A stretch of 64,000 nt of DNA from a virus (taxonomy: Duplodnaviria; Caudoviricetes). The stretch covers positions 6,076 through 70,075 of the IMG/VR virus record IMGVR_UViG_3300028603_000039; one strand, given 5' to 3'. Shown piece by piece: positions 40,228 through 51,049 of this stretch. Each line of letters starts with the position of its first letter. The first letter of the stretch is position 1. The translations under genes were made by a program, and so were the position numbers. The notes beneath the pieces are model-generated. The model saw nothing but the letters and a program-made list of their open reading frames with translations, was not told where the DNA came from and searched no databases.

Positions 40228-40725
40228 GTGAAACATAAAGATCTTGTAAACTTTATAATAAATTCCAACCTAATAGAGGGTATATCTAGTTCTAATCAGA
40301 TTAAATACTCTGTAGATGCTTGGAACTACCTTAGGCGCAAGGAAGCTCTTACAAATGGTGTACTTTTGGAGGTACATCGGCGCCTTATGCAGGACTTACG
40401 TCCAGATATTGCTGGGCGCTTTAGGGATGTAAATGTTAGGGTTGGTAATAGAGTTTGTCCAGAATTTTGGTTGGTTGAAGCTCTTGTTGAGGACTGGCTT
40501 GTTTGGTGCGGTACGTGTGAACGAATTAAGATGAACTACGGTAGTTTGTGTGGTGACTATGAGATACAACGTGCTCATGTTGAGTTTGAGAAAATACACC
40601 CGTTTGAGGATGGCAATGGCAGAGTTGGTAGGTTGCTTTGGCTTTGGCACAGGGAAAAGGCAAAGTTGCCTTTTAAATTGATAGAGTTTGGTGATCGACA
40701 TGAATATTACAAATGGTTTGTATAG
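40228..40725 (+). CDS. Fic-domain protein
   Basis: Canonical HPFEDGNGRVGR. Confidence 0.9.
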   Translation: MKHKDLVNFIINSNLIEGISSSNQIKYSVDAWNYLRRKEALTNGVLLEVHRRLMQDLRPDIAGRFRDVNVRVGNRVCPEFWLVEALVEDWLVWCGTCERIKMNYGSLCGDYEIQRAHVEFEKIHPFEDGNGRVGRLLWLWHREKAKLPFKLIEFGDRHEYYKWFV

Positions 40726-41163
40726 GAGGAATTGTGGTTACATTTCTTGTGTTTTTAGGTTTGTTTGTTGTAATAGTGTTGTTTATGTTGTTAGGGGCGT
40801 GGCTGTCGTATAAGATGTGTAATTGTACGGACTCGCGGGAATATATTAGCCACTTTGTTGCTGGATGGGTGGTTGGGTTGTTATTGATAGGGGTAGCGTC
40901 GTTTTTTAACAACCTATACCGTGTAGCACATCAATTAACTCACTGAGGATACAGCGGAGAAAGTAATGGAATGTGAGGATTGTCTTATTCAAGCGAAGAG
41001 GAACTTTGTTGCTTTGGCATGTAAAAGGCTAAGGAAAGAGATGGGCAAAAAGAAGTTTATGAGTGATTCAAAGACACAAGAAGAAAGCGACTTTGCTGTA
41101 AAGGTCTATCAAATAGCTAAACGCAGGGCAATTTTGATTGTAAGAGGGTGTTTGGACAAGTGA
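40713..41163 (+). other. Two small hypothetical ORFs (40713-40946 membrane; 40966-41163)
   Basis: Coupled + strand ORFs. Confidence 0.5.
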
Positions 41164-41630
41164 GACACGTCGACTTGTTTAGCGGAATCGGCGGCTTCGC
41201 GTTGGCTGCTAAATGGGTCTGGGGCGATGATTACAGGAATGTCCTTTTTTGCGATAACAACAGGTTTTGCCAAACTAGGCATGGTAGTGGGTTCATGAGT
41301 AATGAGCACATACCCCATAACATTACTCAAAACCTATTTGAGGCGAATGTTGAGAATACGTACCAAGGTAAATTCAGGCGTGCACTGCTTGATGTATCAT
41401 TGCTTGAGTATACCATGTGCAGGGATGATTACATAAACAAGGCACGGAAGAACTTAGTAATTACCTGCTTAGATCATGTTGTAAATGAGTACAGGTTTAC
41501 GTATAAGGACGAAATAATTTATTGTTCTAATGAGCAGGAATTTGTAAGTAAAATAGCTAAAATATTAAACATTGATTTTGTATATACAAGCAACAGTGAA
41601 GATTCAACCTGTGTTAAACTTAGTAAATAG
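41160..41630 (+). pseudogene. Chimeric ORF: C5-cytosine MTase N-terminus fused to a PurA-like C-terminus
   Basis: RHVDLFSGIGGFALA...CD (Dcm motif I), then from about 41274 TRHGSG..S.E...QG.FR...LD..LL.Y...LVITCLDH. Confidence 0.55.
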
Positions 41631-41824
41631 AATGGGGATGTTTGCTGGTGTGTCTGTTGTACCAGAAAAGACCATACTTAATATAGGCAACGGAGTCGGT
41701 CTTACAATAAGCGGTATGTCAGATACAAGGCAATTGTTGTTCTTTGGCGACTGTAGCGAGAGCTAGGTTGTTAATTTTTGCAGATAAAAAGTAAGCCGTT
41801 CTGCCAGTCGCCTTATCGATTTCT

Positions 41825-42051
41825 TGGAGTATGGCGGAAGAGAGACGCAAAGTAGGGACTTGGTTGATACCACTGGACAGATGCTGGGGAACTTGACGCC
41901 CTAATGATCAGTAAGTATCGGTTATCCGCCGAGGCGTACTAATACCAGATAATCAAGGAGCCAAGTGGTAATAAGTTAGCGCTTAAATCCACCCAAACTC
42001 TGGTTCTGGTTACAATGCAACCGTGCAAGTGTGAAAGGCTTTGCTACTCCA
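41825..42051 (+). ncRNA. tRNA-like ends enclosing a ~150-nt structured insertion
   Basis: TGGAGTA pairs with TACTCCA. Leu/Ser-type D arm TGGCGGAA..AGACGC. Degenerate T-arm GCAAG..CTTTGC. Internal complementary pairs TACCACT/AGTGGTA and ACTTGGTT/AGCCAAGT. Confidence 0.4.
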
Positions 42052-42107
42052 ATTTACATAGAAAGGTGCAATGACTTACAAAGATTTAACAAAGAATTGA
42101 GGATATA

Positions 42108-42350
42108 ATGAGTACGAAGACGCTTTGTGATTTTTGTGGCAAGGAATTGGATTGGATCGAAACGGCGAAACTTGGTAAAAAAGGTCTTTATATTAAAGTA
42201 GAAGAAAAGAGAAGAATTGGACTCTTTGCTACGGATTGGCAAACTGTTGATTACTTTGATATATGCGGCGAATGTGTAGGTAAGATAGTTGGCAGTATAA
42301 GGGAGAAATTATCAACGTCGGAGCCTGGTACGTCTGAGGATCAAAAATGA
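42108..42350 (+). CDS. Small Cys-containing hypothetical protein
   Basis: CDFC...C.EC. Confidence 0.6.
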   Translation: MSTKTLCDFCGKELDWIETAKLGKKGLYIKVEEKRRIGLFATDWQTVDYFDICGECVGKIVGSIREKLSTSEPGTSEDQK

Positions 42351-42649
42351 AGTGTCCAGATTGTAAAGGCAAGAAGGTAATATTTGGGTTTGGTTGCGGC
42401 AGAGGCGTTTGTCTTGTTCCGATGACTTTGCCGTGTCCTCGTTGTAATGGAATTGGCAAGGTTCCCGGCATTATGAAAGAATGGATTAAAACTGGAGGCA
42501 AGTACCGCAAGAGAAGAATTTTACGTAGTATATCTATAAGGGAACGAGCAGACCAGTTAGGTATAGATCCGTCTACTTTGATTAGGATGGAGTTGGGATA
42601 TATAAAACCAGATGTACGTCTTCTTAAACGTGTAGGAGGTTGTAAATGA
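42347..42649 (+). CDS. DnaJ-type zinc finger plus XRE-like HTH
   Basis: CPDCKGKK..CPRCNGIG and SIRERADQLGIDPSTLIRMELG. Confidence 0.6.
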   Translation: MKCPDCKGKKVIFGFGCGRGVCLVPMTLPCPRCNGIGKVPGIMKEWIKTGGKYRKRRILRSISIRERADQLGIDPSTLIRMELGYIKPDVRLLKRVGGCK

Positions 42650-43035
42650 AGTGGTGGGGATGGATAGGAATATGGTTGGCTTGGTGGATACTGCAAGCGT
42701 TCTTGGTGTATGCGTGGGCTATAAAGGCAAAGGTGGCAGAAGATACGATGGCTGATAAGTACACTGCTTTGTTTATATCCCTTGTATTGACTTTAATAGA
42801 GAGTTCCTTTGTTATGTCTTGGGTGAAATGATGGCTAACAAGAGCAAATTTTTTGATAATATAGTAGACAATGAGGTTAAGAGTAATTTGAGCAATGTAA
42901 CTAAGGATTCTGATAAGATGCATAGGTACTGTTGTATTTTGAGTATGGTACTTGATATAAGTAGTACTAAGAAGTACTTTCTCAAACTTGCTGGTAGGAT
43001 ATGGGACAAAGAACACAAAAAGTCAAAGGTTAAAA

Positions 43036-43395
43036 ATGAAAATAATAGGCGTTGTAGGAAGCAGAAGGCGTGATAGGGAATCAGACTTTCAGTTGGTGCG
43101 CCAAGAAATAGAGAAGCAATATGAAAAGGGCGACAAACTTTGCTCTGGCGGTTGCCCTAAAGGAGCAGACAAGTTTGCAGAGGATTGCGCCACTTGCCTT
43201 GACATTCCTATTATAATACATCGAGCAGACTGGGACAAACACGGTAAGGCGGCTGGGTTTATACGCAACACGGATATAGCCAAAGATTCAAATATGTTAA
43301 TTGCAGTAGTAGCGCCGGATAGAACAGGTGGTACAGAGGATACGATAAAGAAATTCAAGAAGTTCCATCCAGACGGCGAGTTAATACTTTTATAG
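43036..43395 (+). CDS. SLOG-superfamily (YspA/DUF2493-like) protein
   Basis: VVGSR, SGGCPKGAD..AE, ADWDKHGKAAGFIRN, GGT.DTI. Confidence 0.75.
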   Translation: MKIIGVVGSRRRDRESDFQLVRQEIEKQYEKGDKLCSGGCPKGADKFAEDCATCLDIPIIIHRADWDKHGKAAGFIRNTDIAKDSNMLIAVVAPDRTGGTEDTIKKFKKFHPDGELILL

Positions 43396-43403
43396 GAGAA
43401 CAC

Positions 43404-43628
43404 ATGGATAAGAAAGAATATGAGGCAGATTTGCATCGTAGGCAGGAACAGCACTTAAGGGACGTTTACCGTAATATGGGTGTAGGCGATGAGGGTTGGA
43501 TTCCTTGCATGCACGATCAGTGTCCAGAATGCCTCGGTACTGGAGTCAAGCACGACGGCACTCCGTGTGTTCACAGCATCAGTTGTCCTTGTCCTAGGTG
43601 TTCGCCGAGGTGCGATGCTAGGTCTTAA
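43404..43628 (+). CDS. Cys-rich small protein
   Basis: C.HDQCPEC.GTG...C.H..SCPCPRC. Confidence 0.6.
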   Translation: MDKKEYEADLHRRQEQHLRDVYRNMGVGDEGWIPCMHDQCPECLGTGVKHDGTPCVHSISCPCPRCSPRCDARS

Positions 43629-43634
43629 ATACAC

Positions 43635-43664
43635 TTGACAGATTTGTAGTTAATGTGGTATAAT
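43635..43664 (+). promoter_or_regulatory. sigma70-type promoter
   Basis: TTGACA-N18-TATAAT with TGTGG. Confidence 0.85.
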
Positions 43665-43669
43665 GTATA

Positions 43670-46200
43670 ATGGAGGTTGAGGTGTCAAAAATACCAGTTT
43701 ATAAAGCTAAGTTGCGTGGGAAGCTAGAGATTGACGGGGAGCTTGCGTTTATTGGTAGTACGGAAATTAAGACCATTCTGCCAGATCATTTTGATAATTG
43801 CATTTTTGAGGTTGAAGTTAAGGTCTTTGAGGAAAAAGACGACAAATCATCATAGTAAGAACGATGAGAGGACAATACATGGCAAAACCAATTTGGCACT
43901 ATGCGATAGTACAAAGCACATTCGGAGATTATTGGATAGGAAAGACGAAGTTGCCTCTAGTAGAGGACGTTGTATTTGATAACATCCAAGATGCTATTGA
44001 CGTAGCAAAGGAACTGTTTGAGTCAGATCACCCTGAATTTGATCCTAGCTTGTTTGAAGACGGAGAAGAGGGCAACGACGGAGAGCTTGAAATGAACTAC
44101 AGGGATATCATAGAGACGTCAGAAGGTTCTGTTGAAACGATTAGCAAGAAACTAGAAAAGCGCATTGTTAAGTCTTACTAATTGATAAGAGAGGGTAACA
44201 CGAATGTGTCAAAAATGCCTTAGGCGGTTTAAAAGACAGGGCTTAGGTAGGCTAACTTATGGGCAAGTTAAGTTTTATGCCCATCTAATGGTGAAGGGGT
44301 TTTCCATTCCGCTTTTTGCAGATAGAAGGGATAATTTTGCAATAGAAGCCCACATTTATAAAATGGAGTTAGCAAAGAGTAATAAGCGGAGAACATAAAT
44401 ATATGAAAATAACTGATAAGCAATGGAGAGCTGCATTAGAGCGTGGAAGAAAGAAAAGATGTATTCACGAACTTGATGTGTTAGGCAAAGTATGCGGAAG
44501 GATAAGTGCTGGACAAGGGGAATTGAGGTGTGATTATTATGATAGCGACCGAAGGAAGTGTCCTGATTTTAAGTTAGATACCAGATAACAACCAAGAGGA
44601 AGGTGGAGGTAGAATGGCAGATAAAGTTAATGCGTTACCGCCCAAAGAAATTTACGATGTCTTGCACGAGTTTGAAGAAAGAGGAGGCACGTTGCCAGAA
44701 TCTGTTGATAAGTGGTGGTTTGAGGAAACTAACACAAACGAGATTAAAAGGCAGAAACTTAACATAAGGAGGTAGGTGATACATGCGTATAAAGCAAAAA
44801 GGTTTAGTTTCCAAACCAGATGCAATAAGGCGAAAGGTGGAACGCATAATAGATTTGTATTACAAGTTTAGCTATACCCCGGTTGATCGTTGTGTTTATA
44901 AAAAGATGAGGGAGTACCTAGTATCTGACTTGATGGAAAAAGTAATTGAACCTATATTGTTTTACAATAGAGTTATAGATGATGCCGACCAAGTTAAGAC
45001 GTGGCCTAAGTGGAAGCAGGACACAATAATTAGCGCAGACGCGGCTCTGACTGGGCGGTTTGTTAAGCGCGGTAGCAACAAAAGACGAGGAGGACAACGC
45101 GATGATTAACACAGGCGATTGGATATTTATTTCTGCGGTACTTGTGTGTTGTGCCTGGAGGAAGATTCATTGGGCATGGTTTTGGATGTTGTTTGTCCTT
45201 TATGCCTTTGTCGGGTGTTGATAAACAACAGTAGAGTAGCACCGCTACCCACAGAGAGGAGAAGTGAGATGAAGTTAAGTCCGATAGGAGATGAACCCAA
45301 TTTAAGTATTTGTTTATCTATCGGACACGATTGGCAACAATTATTTGTAAGTGATAGGGAGTTTAGATTTTGTAATCGCTGTAATCGAGGAGAAAGAAAA
45401 GAATACTTTGGAGAAGACACTATATGGGTGGTAAATGAAATTAGGCCCTCAGTTGTTTAAGCCCCCCTCCCCCAAAAAAAAGGAGAGTGAGATGACACCC
45501 ACCAAGTTCGACAGGAAAGAGATTGAGGAAGCGGTGAGGGTATTAAGCAATGATAAAGTAGCGTATGCGAATTTAGATAGAGCGTTGGCACACAAAACCC
45601 TTTTGGAGTTTGCTTCTGCCTACCTCGACAACTCCCTCTCAGAGCGACCGATGATGACGGAGGAAACGCTTGAAGGTGCAATAAAACTTATAGTGTCAAT
45701 ATATTCCAAAGATAAGAATATGAATAAAGCACTTGTTTCTCATTTGAGCATTGCTTTATTGGGTCATATTCCCGCCCCTGAAAAGGTATATTGCCCTGAA
45801 CCTGAAAAAATATGCCTTCAATGTAATGGTAAAAGGGTTGTGAGTTTTTTAACGGGAATATATGGGTTGATGGTAAGTGTCCTAAATGCGACGGCACAGG
45901 TCAAGCCCCACCCCAGAGCGATGCGGGGGCGGAGGTAACGGGCAATAAAGAATTATGGGATTTAATTGTAAATTATTTTCCTGCGTTTGAGGGCGAAATA
46001 GGGGGACAAAATAAGCGAGCATTATTTGAACAGGTAGCGAAACTTATGTCAGAGAAAGAAGCCGAGATAGGACGATTGAGGCAGGCGTTGGAGAAGATAG
46101 AATATGCTTTGGCACAACCATTAGGCCGCATAAGCCATATTACCCTTGAAGATTATGGAGTAAAAAGACAAGAGATATTGGATATCGCAACCGTCGCTTT
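43670..46200 (+). other. Cluster of about nine small hypothetical ORFs
   Basis: Consecutive + strand ORFs (43670, 43864, 44204, 44403, 44783, 45119, 45435 and others); no recognisable motifs. Confidence 0.5.
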
Positions 46201-46217
46201 GAAAAAGGGGGAGTGAG

Positions 46218-46910
46218 ATGAGCGATATTAAACTGATACTTGGTGACTGCCTTGTTGAGATGAAGAAGATACCAGACAAGTCAATAGACCTTGTGCTGAC
46301 AAGTCCACCATATAATCTTGGCAGTAATCACCACACAGGGGCGTATAGGCATCAGCCCTATCACGATGATATGCCTGAGCCTATGTATAAGCAACAGCAA
46401 ATTAGAGTTTTGTCAGAGATATATCGAGTAGTTAAAGATGCGGGCAGTTTACTTTATAACCATAAAAATAGGATAAAAGACGGAAGGCAATTATCTCCGT
46501 ATGAGTGGTTATTAGAAACTGAATGGGTTATTAAACAAGAGTTGGTGTGGTTCAATGGGTCGCAAAATTTTGACAAGATAAGATTTTATCCGATGACCGA
46601 AAGAGTTTATTGGCTTGCGAAGTCGCCTGATACTAAACTATTCAACGCTATAAACGCCCACGATTTATTTAAGTGGACAGCTGAAGGGACAGGTAAAGAA
46701 CACAAAAGGAGTTTTCCGAAGGTAATGGCTACTGATTTAATACAATGCTTTCCTTCTGCGAAAAACATATTAGACCCCTATTGCGGTAGCGGAACAGTGG
46801 GTGTCGCCTGTAAAGAACTCGGCAGAAACTTTATCGGCATAGAAATAGATAAAAACTACTTTGAAATCGCCCAAAGAAGAATAAATAATACAACAGAACC
46901 GATGTTATAA
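46218..46910 (+). CDS. DNA amino-methyltransferase (N4-C/N6-A, beta class)
   Basis: TSPPY motif IV, FP, DPYCGSGT motif I. Confidence 0.88.
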   Translation: MSDIKLILGDCLVEMKKIPDKSIDLVLTSPPYNLGSNHHTGAYRHQPYHDDMPEPMYKQQQIRVLSEIYRVVKDAGSLLYNHKNRIKDGRQLSPYEWLLETEWVIKQELVWFNGSQNFDKIRFYPMTERVYWLAKSPDTKLFNAINAHDLFKWTAEGTGKEHKRSFPKVMATDLIQCFPSAKNILDPYCGSGTVGVACKELGRNFIGIEIDKNYFEIAQRRINNTTEPML

Positions 46911-47121
46911 CCCCAAAGGAGAAATAATGGCAGGGAAGAAGAAGGTAATAATAATGGATAAGCACCTCAAGGAACTATACGATGAATTATGCCAAGCAAG
47001 AAAGCCGAGGATTGAGTTTTCGGATGACGAGTTAGGTATGGCAAGACAGGCGATATTTGTTAAGGACAAAGCAATCAATTCTATCTGTAATTTTTTGTAT
47101 AATTTAGGAATACAAGACACC

Positions 47122-47153
47122 AAATAATATGAACCTGACAGAGGAGGGAAGAT
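47122..47153 (+). repeat. 32-bp exact direct repeat, copy 1 (stop codon plus RBS)
   Basis: AAATAATATGAACCTGACAGAGGAGGGAAGAT, identical at 48032-48063. Confidence 0.95.
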
Positions 47154-48031
47154 GAGAACAAGTTTATTTTTGATAGGATTTGGATTTTTAGAACTATTAG
47201 CCAAGCATTGGAATATTGATTTTAAGATAGGAGCCTTTGGGATGATGGGTATAACTGTATTCTTCATTTATTTATGTATTCTTGACTGGATAGCGGTTTA
47301 CTGGAATTCAAGATTACATAACTGGAAAGAGGATTAAAAAATAACCCCTGCAAAAAGGAGAGTGAAATATGGATACAGGTTCAGGACATATTTGGAATAA
47401 AGAAGAAATTGACATGAGAAATGTTAAGGGTGAATTAGTCGAATGGAAAGTTGGTGAAGAAGTAGAAGTAAAAGGGTGCTTATTTTATGTCCAAGAAATA
47501 AAAGTTTTTCCTGAAGATTTAATAGTATTAAAGGGTAAGGCAAAAATAGAAGATAATTCGCCCATTAAAAAACTTTATGAGGAAATTCACGAGAAAGAAG
47601 AAAGTCATCATAAAATTCTTGATTTTGCTCGGAACATAAAAAGAAAGTAAATCAATGCCCACCCATAAGAGTGCCAGGGAGATAACTGTTGATAAATTAA
47701 ACAAGGTTTTATGGTGTGCAAATAATAACTGGTGGAACACTCACGGAGATATGGAAGAAGGTTATATGAGATTTCTCGCACAATCAATTCATAACTATTT
47801 AATACGTATTGAGCATATCGCACAGAAATTGGAGGGGAAGGGATGAATAAGGTAGACATTCATCAGGAAATTGAAATAGAAGTCATCAGCGGTGTTGAAG
47901 GCCCGTGTATCTCTATTGATTGTTTTAGGGTTGCAGGCCCGAAGCCGTGGGGTGGAGGGAAAGTTATTCACAAGTGGACAGCAACGATAGAAGATATTTT
48001 GGACGCTATACCAAATTTGAAGGAGGCTCTT

Positions 48032-48063
48032 AAATAATATGAACCTGACAGAGGAGGGAAGAT
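48032..48063 (+). repeat. 32-bp exact direct repeat, copy 2
   Basis: Identical to 47122-47153. Confidence 0.95.
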
Positions 48064-48818
48064 AGATGGAAACAAAAGTTTTAAAGAGGTTTGAAGTTAG
48101 AGTTGAAGAAATTAGCGGTTGTAGCGATAAGCCCACAATAATGGTTTCTTTTTATGCTTCTGACGGAGGATACATTGGTTCAATAGATGATTTTAAGAGA
48201 TTAGTTTGCGACAGGGAAATAATGCCTGAAAAAGCACAAGATAACCACAATACCTGCTCTATCGGTAAAAGTCTTAAAGACGGGAAATGGTATGGCTGGT
48301 CGCACAGGGCGATATTTGGTTTTCAAATCGGTGATGTTGTTAAAGAGGGGGATTGTTGTGCGACTTCGGGCTGGACAGACGAATACCTTAAAGAACATCC
48401 CGAGGAAAATAGGGTGTTGCCCGTAGGATTTACTGCCAAAACAGAGGAAGATTGTAAGCGAATGGCAATAGCATTTGCGGAAAGTGTATCATAATATGCC
48501 CACCCATAAGAGTGTAAGGGAGATTTTGAATCCCTTAATCAATTTGCCTACTGAATTTGCCCCTGAAAAATACATAGGTAGAACTTGTATGATATGCGGG
48601 TTCCCTTTTGATAAAGAAGTAAGAGAAAAAGCAGTAAGTGAAGCCCTCGTCCAGCTCGCTGAATTGGTGCGGGAAGATAAAGGAAACATATCGGCAGTTA
48701 TAAATGTTCATTTGAGTTTACATAGGTCAGGATACGACCATAATCCAGTTTCAGATGAAATAGCCAAAGCTATAGTTGAGCATATCACACAGAAATTGGA
48801 ACAGAAATAGACCGATGA

Positions 48819-48899
48819 GCAGGTGTGGTGTAACGGGAACATACGCACGCGTTAAACAAGACAGCGAGTCGCGAGGTTCGAGCCCTCGCCCCTGCTCCA
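48819..48899 (+). tRNA. Atypical tRNA (undetermined identity, enlarged anticodon arm)
   Basis: Acceptor GCAGGTG/CCCCTGC (one mismatch), D stem GTGT/ACAT, T arm CGAGG-TTCGAGC-CCTCG, encoded CCA. Confidence 0.6.
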
Positions 48900-48911
48900 A
48901 AAAGGAGATGA

Positions 48912-49487
48912 ATGAAGAAATACCAGATTATATATGCCGACCCGCCGTGGGACTTCGGGGGAGGTGGAGTTTATCAGGATGGTGGAAGGGACATCCGCAA
49001 GACTTCCGATGAATACACTTTAACAAAGACAGATAAACTAATTGATTTGCCTATAAATAAGATAGCCGACGACAATGCTTTGCTTTTTATGTGGACGACT
49101 GACCAGCATATCCCAGACGCATTAAAGTTAATGGAAGCATGGGGTTTTAGATATTGCACCGTTGCATTTTATTGGGTTAAGAAATATCACACAGGTTCGA
49201 CTTGTTTTAATGTTGGCTGTTGGACAATGAAAAGCGTTGAGCAAGTTCTTCTTGGCTTGCGTGGGAAGCCTATGCACCTAAAGAAAACACGAAATATCAA
49301 GCAACTCGTTGAGGCTGAAAGAACTGTTCACAGCAGAAAGCCAGAAGAAGTAAGAAGAAGGATTGTTGAATTGGTTGGTGACATCCCAAGAATAGAACTA
49401 TTCGCCCGCAAAAAGACCGAAGGTTGGGATGTTTGGGGCAACGAGGTTGAGAGTGATATTACATTAGAAAGGTCGGACACCAAATGA
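48912..49487 (+). CDS. MT-A70-family adenine methyltransferase (second copy)
   Basis: ADPPW, LFMWTT, AWGFRY, HSRKP, IELFAR...GWDVWGNE. Confidence 0.9.
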   Translation: MKKYQIIYADPPWDFGGGGVYQDGGRDIRKTSDEYTLTKTDKLIDLPINKIADDNALLFMWTTDQHIPDALKLMEAWGFRYCTVAFYWVKKYHTGSTCFNVGCWTMKSVEQVLLGLRGKPMHLKKTRNIKQLVEAERTVHSRKPEEVRRRIVELVGDIPRIELFARKKTEGWDVWGNEVESDITLERSDTK

Positions 49488-49509
49488 GCCAGTCGAGGAA
49501 GGAAATAAA

Positions 49510-50554
49510 ATGACACAGGCAAGGAAGATACGTAGGCATCTCGTTAATACAGACTCCCCATTAGAAATAATGTTTAATTTAGGTGGCTGGAAGATAATTC
49601 GCACCCAATTAAAGAAAAAGATATACGATAAAATAGTTATTGAAATAGAACTTCCACATACCGACCGCAAGGTCAGAAAGGACAAGGATAATGCGTAACA
49701 AATTGCGGGCAATACTTGAGATGGAATTTTGCCCCGAAGGTCGCCCGTGTGATAAAAAGGAATCTTGTACAGATTGTCGCATAACTCAAATAATTGAATA
49801 TTTAAAGGCAAAGATGCCTGCAAGGGAGAAGGAGTTAGAATTAAACGAGGGTAACGGTTGGGAGATTGGCAACCGTGTAGGCTTCAACCGAGCTATAGAT
49901 GCTATGGTTGCCCTATTAGAAGCTGAGCGTGTTTCTCTTTTATATTTAGACGTTAATGATGTGTGTCCTAAATGTGGAGGCAATAAGTGGGCAGGAACGC
50001 CGGGAACTACCTCTTGGAACCCCTGCTCCGTTTGTCACGGTACTGGCGTTATTCCTTCTCCAATAGTAGCTGGCGACGAACCTAAAGCGGGCGCGGATGA
50101 TGTTTATTGCGACGTTTGTGGAAAGAACATGACGTACCGCCATCTTGGTACAACGACGGGCGAATTAGCATATAAAGATACAACCCACACAGCAACTGGG
50201 ATGCAGGTTATTATGAGATGCAACGACAACAGCCTTAAGGAATTTTACCAGAAGCAACTTGGTCCTTACAAGTTAGATAAACAATACAATATATGTTATG
50301 AATGTCTGTTAAGGCGTTTAGGCGTTGTGGTAAAAGATCAAATATAGGAGGATAGTATGTATGAAATATTGATGAATGTAATATTATTTGTAATAACAGT
50401 GTTGTTTGTTGCAACTACAGCTTTGTGTTTGTTTACAGTAATTACTCTAATAAAGGTGGGAGTTCAGTGGTTCTGGTCGAATCGATCGCCTAACCAACGT
50501 GCGTCTATTGTTGCAAATAACATATATTTGGCACCAGGTAGTAGGCTAGATTGA
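49510..50554 (+). other. Three hypothetical ORFs (49510, 49691 with CxxC motifs, 50357)
   Basis: Coupled + strand ORFs. Confidence 0.55.
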
Positions 50555-50769
50555 GCATGGCAGATATCTTTAAACCGGTAACCAATAAAGATGTAGAGGA
50601 AAGGCGATCTAAAATGCGGTGGTCTATGGACATACGAGTTATAGGGCTTTCTGAAGAAAACGCGAGGAAACTTCAATATGATCAAGGTATTAAAGATTTA
50701 ATAATGAATAAGTATGGCGGTTTCGTTGATGTAACTGTAATTTTTAACAACGGTCGATATGGAGATTAA
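50551..50769 (+). CDS. Small DIFKP-motif protein
   Basis: MADIFKPVTNKDVEERR. Confidence 0.7.
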   Translation: MSMADIFKPVTNKDVEERRSKMRWSMDIRVIGLSEENARKLQYDQGIKDLIMNKYGGFVDVTVIFNNGRYGD

Positions 50770-51049
50770 TATGGAAGTATTGGATATATGTTTGCTTATA
50801 GGTTTGATGGTTGTATTTGAACTAGTTGTCCTCTTTGCTAGGGGTAAGTGGTTTTGCAAACATTTAGGTTGGCACGTAGCTGGAGAACCTCCTCATACCA
50901 AAGCAACAGATCCGTTGCACTTTCAGACTTATGCCAAGTGCAAATATTGTGGGAAAGAGTGTATGATAGATAGTCAAGGCAATTTGTTTTAAAGGCATGT
51001 TCCACGTGGAACATCGTAGTATACATATGTTATATGTATATAGGAGAAT

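Larger units (their letters stand above)
46927..48810 (+). other. Cluster of small hypothetical ORFs (46927, 47152, 47369, 47655, 47843, 48066, 48496)
   Basis: Consecutive ORFs with RBS. Confidence 0.55.

Noticed and set aside
41825-42051. tmRNA or group I intron-containing tRNA-Leu
   Set aside because: No tmRNA 5' consensus or tag ORF was recognised, no group I P7/J8-7 consensus, and the rejoined anticodon loop would be only 6 nt. Kept only as an unclassified tRNA-like RNA.
48776-49012. 78-aa ORF overlapping the atypical tRNA
   Set aside because: It overlaps the tRNA-like structure and two genes in other frames, so it is probably spurious.
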